From an uncultured delta proteobacterium (GTDB taxonomy: Bacteria; Desulfobacterota; WTBG01; CAIYCZ01; CAIRTM01), in assembly GCA_963804955.1 (NCBI GenBank), contig CAWDSQ010000016.1, positions 64,001 through 128,000 on the forward strand: a DNA stretch of 64,000 nt. The letters are read 5' to 3'. Below the pieces are notes generated by a model that was given only the letters and a program-made list of their open reading frames with translations, had not been told where the DNA came from and did no database searches. Of this stretch, positions 62,056 to 64,000 are shown piece by piece. A program made the translations under genes and the position numbers. Every line of letters starts with the position of its first letter. Position 1 is the first letter of the stretch.

Positions 62056-64000
62056 TTACTTAATACCCTGTTCCTTGATAGCCTTCAGCACCTTCTCAGC
62101 GGTGATGGGGGCTTCGTTAAACTGGATGCCGATGGCGTCGTAAATTGCATTTGCAACCGAGCCGATCGGACCCATGAGTGCCGATTCACCGCAGCTCTTT
62201 GCTCCCATCGGGCCGATGGGATCAGGAGCGCTTTCAACCAGAATGATTGTAGCATCGGGCATATCAGACGGTCCGAGCATCTTGTAGTCGGTAAAGTCAG
62301 TGTTCAGCACGCGGCCCTGCTTGTCATAGGCGTACTCTTCCGTGAGCACAAACCCGAGACCCTGGTGCGCGCCGCCTTCCAGCTGACCTTCGACTGAAGG
62401 CGGATGGATGGCTTTGCCGATATCGTGAGCATTCACCAGCTTAAGCACTTTCACCTCGCCGGTCTCGGTGTCCACTTCGACTTCGGAGATGCAGGCGCCG
62501 AAGGGCGGTGAGCAGTGCTTGGCAAAGTAGCTTGAATAGCCCTGGATCTGGCCCGGGATACCAATGGTCTTGCCGGTGGCTGCATCAATGTAGTTATAGA
62601 CGCCTTCCTTGGCGATCTTCACGGCGCTGATCGACTTCTGGGGATTGCCCTTAACGCTTATGATCTTGTCTTTCATTTCAAGATCTTTCACATTGGCTTC
62701 CAGAAGCTGGGCAGCCCGCTCAAGCAGCTGCTTCTTGACGCTTTCGCAGGCTTCGATGGTGGCAGGTCCTGCGCAGTATACGGTACGGCTTGCATGAGCG
62801 CCGATGTCAAAACCGCACATATCGGAGTCGCCGGACCGCAGATGGATATCCTCCATCGGGAAACCCAGCGTTTCAGCCGCCATCTGCGTTATGGCGGTAT
62901 GGCCGCCGGTGCCGAGATCGGATATCTGCTGAATCAGCTCGACCGTGCAGTCTTCATTGAGCTTGGCCGTGCAGACGGAATGCTCAAGCAGCATGGGAAA
63001 AGCGCCTGAGGTGTGCTGCATGACGGCAACGCCCAGACCGCGGCGCTTGATGCCGGTCTGCTTGGCATACTTTTTCTTCTTTTCATACCAGCCGATCTCT
63101 TTGGCTGCAAGATCGATGCAGTCATTGAGACCGTCGGAGGCGTAGGTCACGCCCTTCAGCCATGTCTCATCGCCGATACGACTTGTGCCACTTCTTGCGC
63201 CACTCGAGCTCGTCCAGACCGAGCTCCTTGCACATCCGCGTGATCATCTGCTCGCCGGCAGAAGGTCAGCTGCGGGTTGCCGTAGCCGCGGTAGGCGCCG
63301 GTGGGCACTTCATTGGTGAAGTAGCCTTCGGTCTGGCAGCCCATGGCCTGCCATTTGTACATGCCGTGAAGAAAAGCGGCGCGCAGAATGGCGGCCCGGA
63401 GCCATGGGTATAGTAGCCGCCTTTGCGGGCCATGATACATGGCATCGAGTGCGACGGGGGTGCCGTCTTTTTTGAAGCCGCATCTTGAACCAGCAATGGC
63501 CGGGATAGCGGGTTTCAGAGGCTACCCAGTCTTCCTCGCGCAGGAACTCCATGCGCACGGGGTGGCCGGGCACTGCCATGGCCATGGCGCAGGCATGGGG
63601 CTCGCCGATCATGCCCAGGCGAACGCCGAAACCGCCGCCCACAATGGTCTGCACCAGGCGAACGCGGGTCAGGGGCAGCTCGAACAGCTCGGCAATCAGC
63701 ACCTGCACGGGCTTGGGCATCTGGGTTGATGTCCAGATGTTCAGGCGGCCGCGCTCATCATAATGGGCCACATAGGAGTGGTTTTCCATCTGGCACTGCT
63801 TCTGCTTGGGAACATAAAAGCGTGTCTTCGATTACATAATCGCACTTGTCAAACAGCTGGACCGCGCGTTTTGCCGTTCTTGTCGTTCCAGCCATAGCGC
63901 TTGCCCGGGAAGAACGATTCGGGCAGATCAAAAGCCATGTTGCCGGGCTTGAGCGGGCGTGAACAGATAGCCGTTCTTCTTGTCGCCTTCGGCCTTTGAT
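62056..64000 (-). CDS. Xanthine dehydrogenase-family molybdopterin-binding subunit; 5' end outside the window, frameshifted
   Basis: STQ, GGGFG, AYRGYGNPQ, HASR, EVEVDTETG, EGQLEGG..QG and GAKSCGE. Confidence 0.92.

Noticed and set aside
435..63763. Numerous short overlapping or antisense ORFs in the track
   Set aside because: They are shadow frames of GC-rich genes, without motifs or RBS
1975..64000. Mass pseudogenisation or programmed frameshifting
   Set aside because: Indels are scattered over many unrelated genes whose motifs are otherwise intact; long-read consensus error is the simpler explanation
55678..64000. Selenocysteine-recoded (UGA) proteins
   Set aside because: No in-frame TGA at a conserved Cys position was noticed and breaks are explained by indels; not exhaustively checked

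Overview
Chromosomal window from an anaerobic, probably Desulfobacterota/deltaproteobacterial genome (taxonomy inferred from gene content). Many genes are broken by 1-2 nt indels, most likely long-read consensus errors, so split ORFs are joined below and their boundaries are approximate. The window is largely devoted to Mo/W/Se and Fe-S metalloenzymes: moaA with a Moco/Tuco-type leader RNA, two tungsten AOR-family oxidoreductases, Fe-S/FAD and NuoE/NuoF-GltD/NuoG-like electron-transfer modules, a ThiF/MoaD pair, an expanded orange-protein (ORP)-like cluster with a sigma54 activator, and a YqeB/YqeC selenium-dependent molybdenum hydroxylase maturation operon. The main finding is a repeated structured leader RNA: two clear copies (17325-17445, 26079-26197) and one degenerate copy (20905-20975). 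It aligns with the Moco/Tuco riboswitch skeleton but has different core nucleotides, and its P1 stem overlaps an intrinsic terminator. That suggests a variant ON-switch controlling the W-enzyme and redox operons, alongside a canonical-looking OFF-switch in front of moaA. No rRNA, tRNA, CRISPR array or transposase was recognised.
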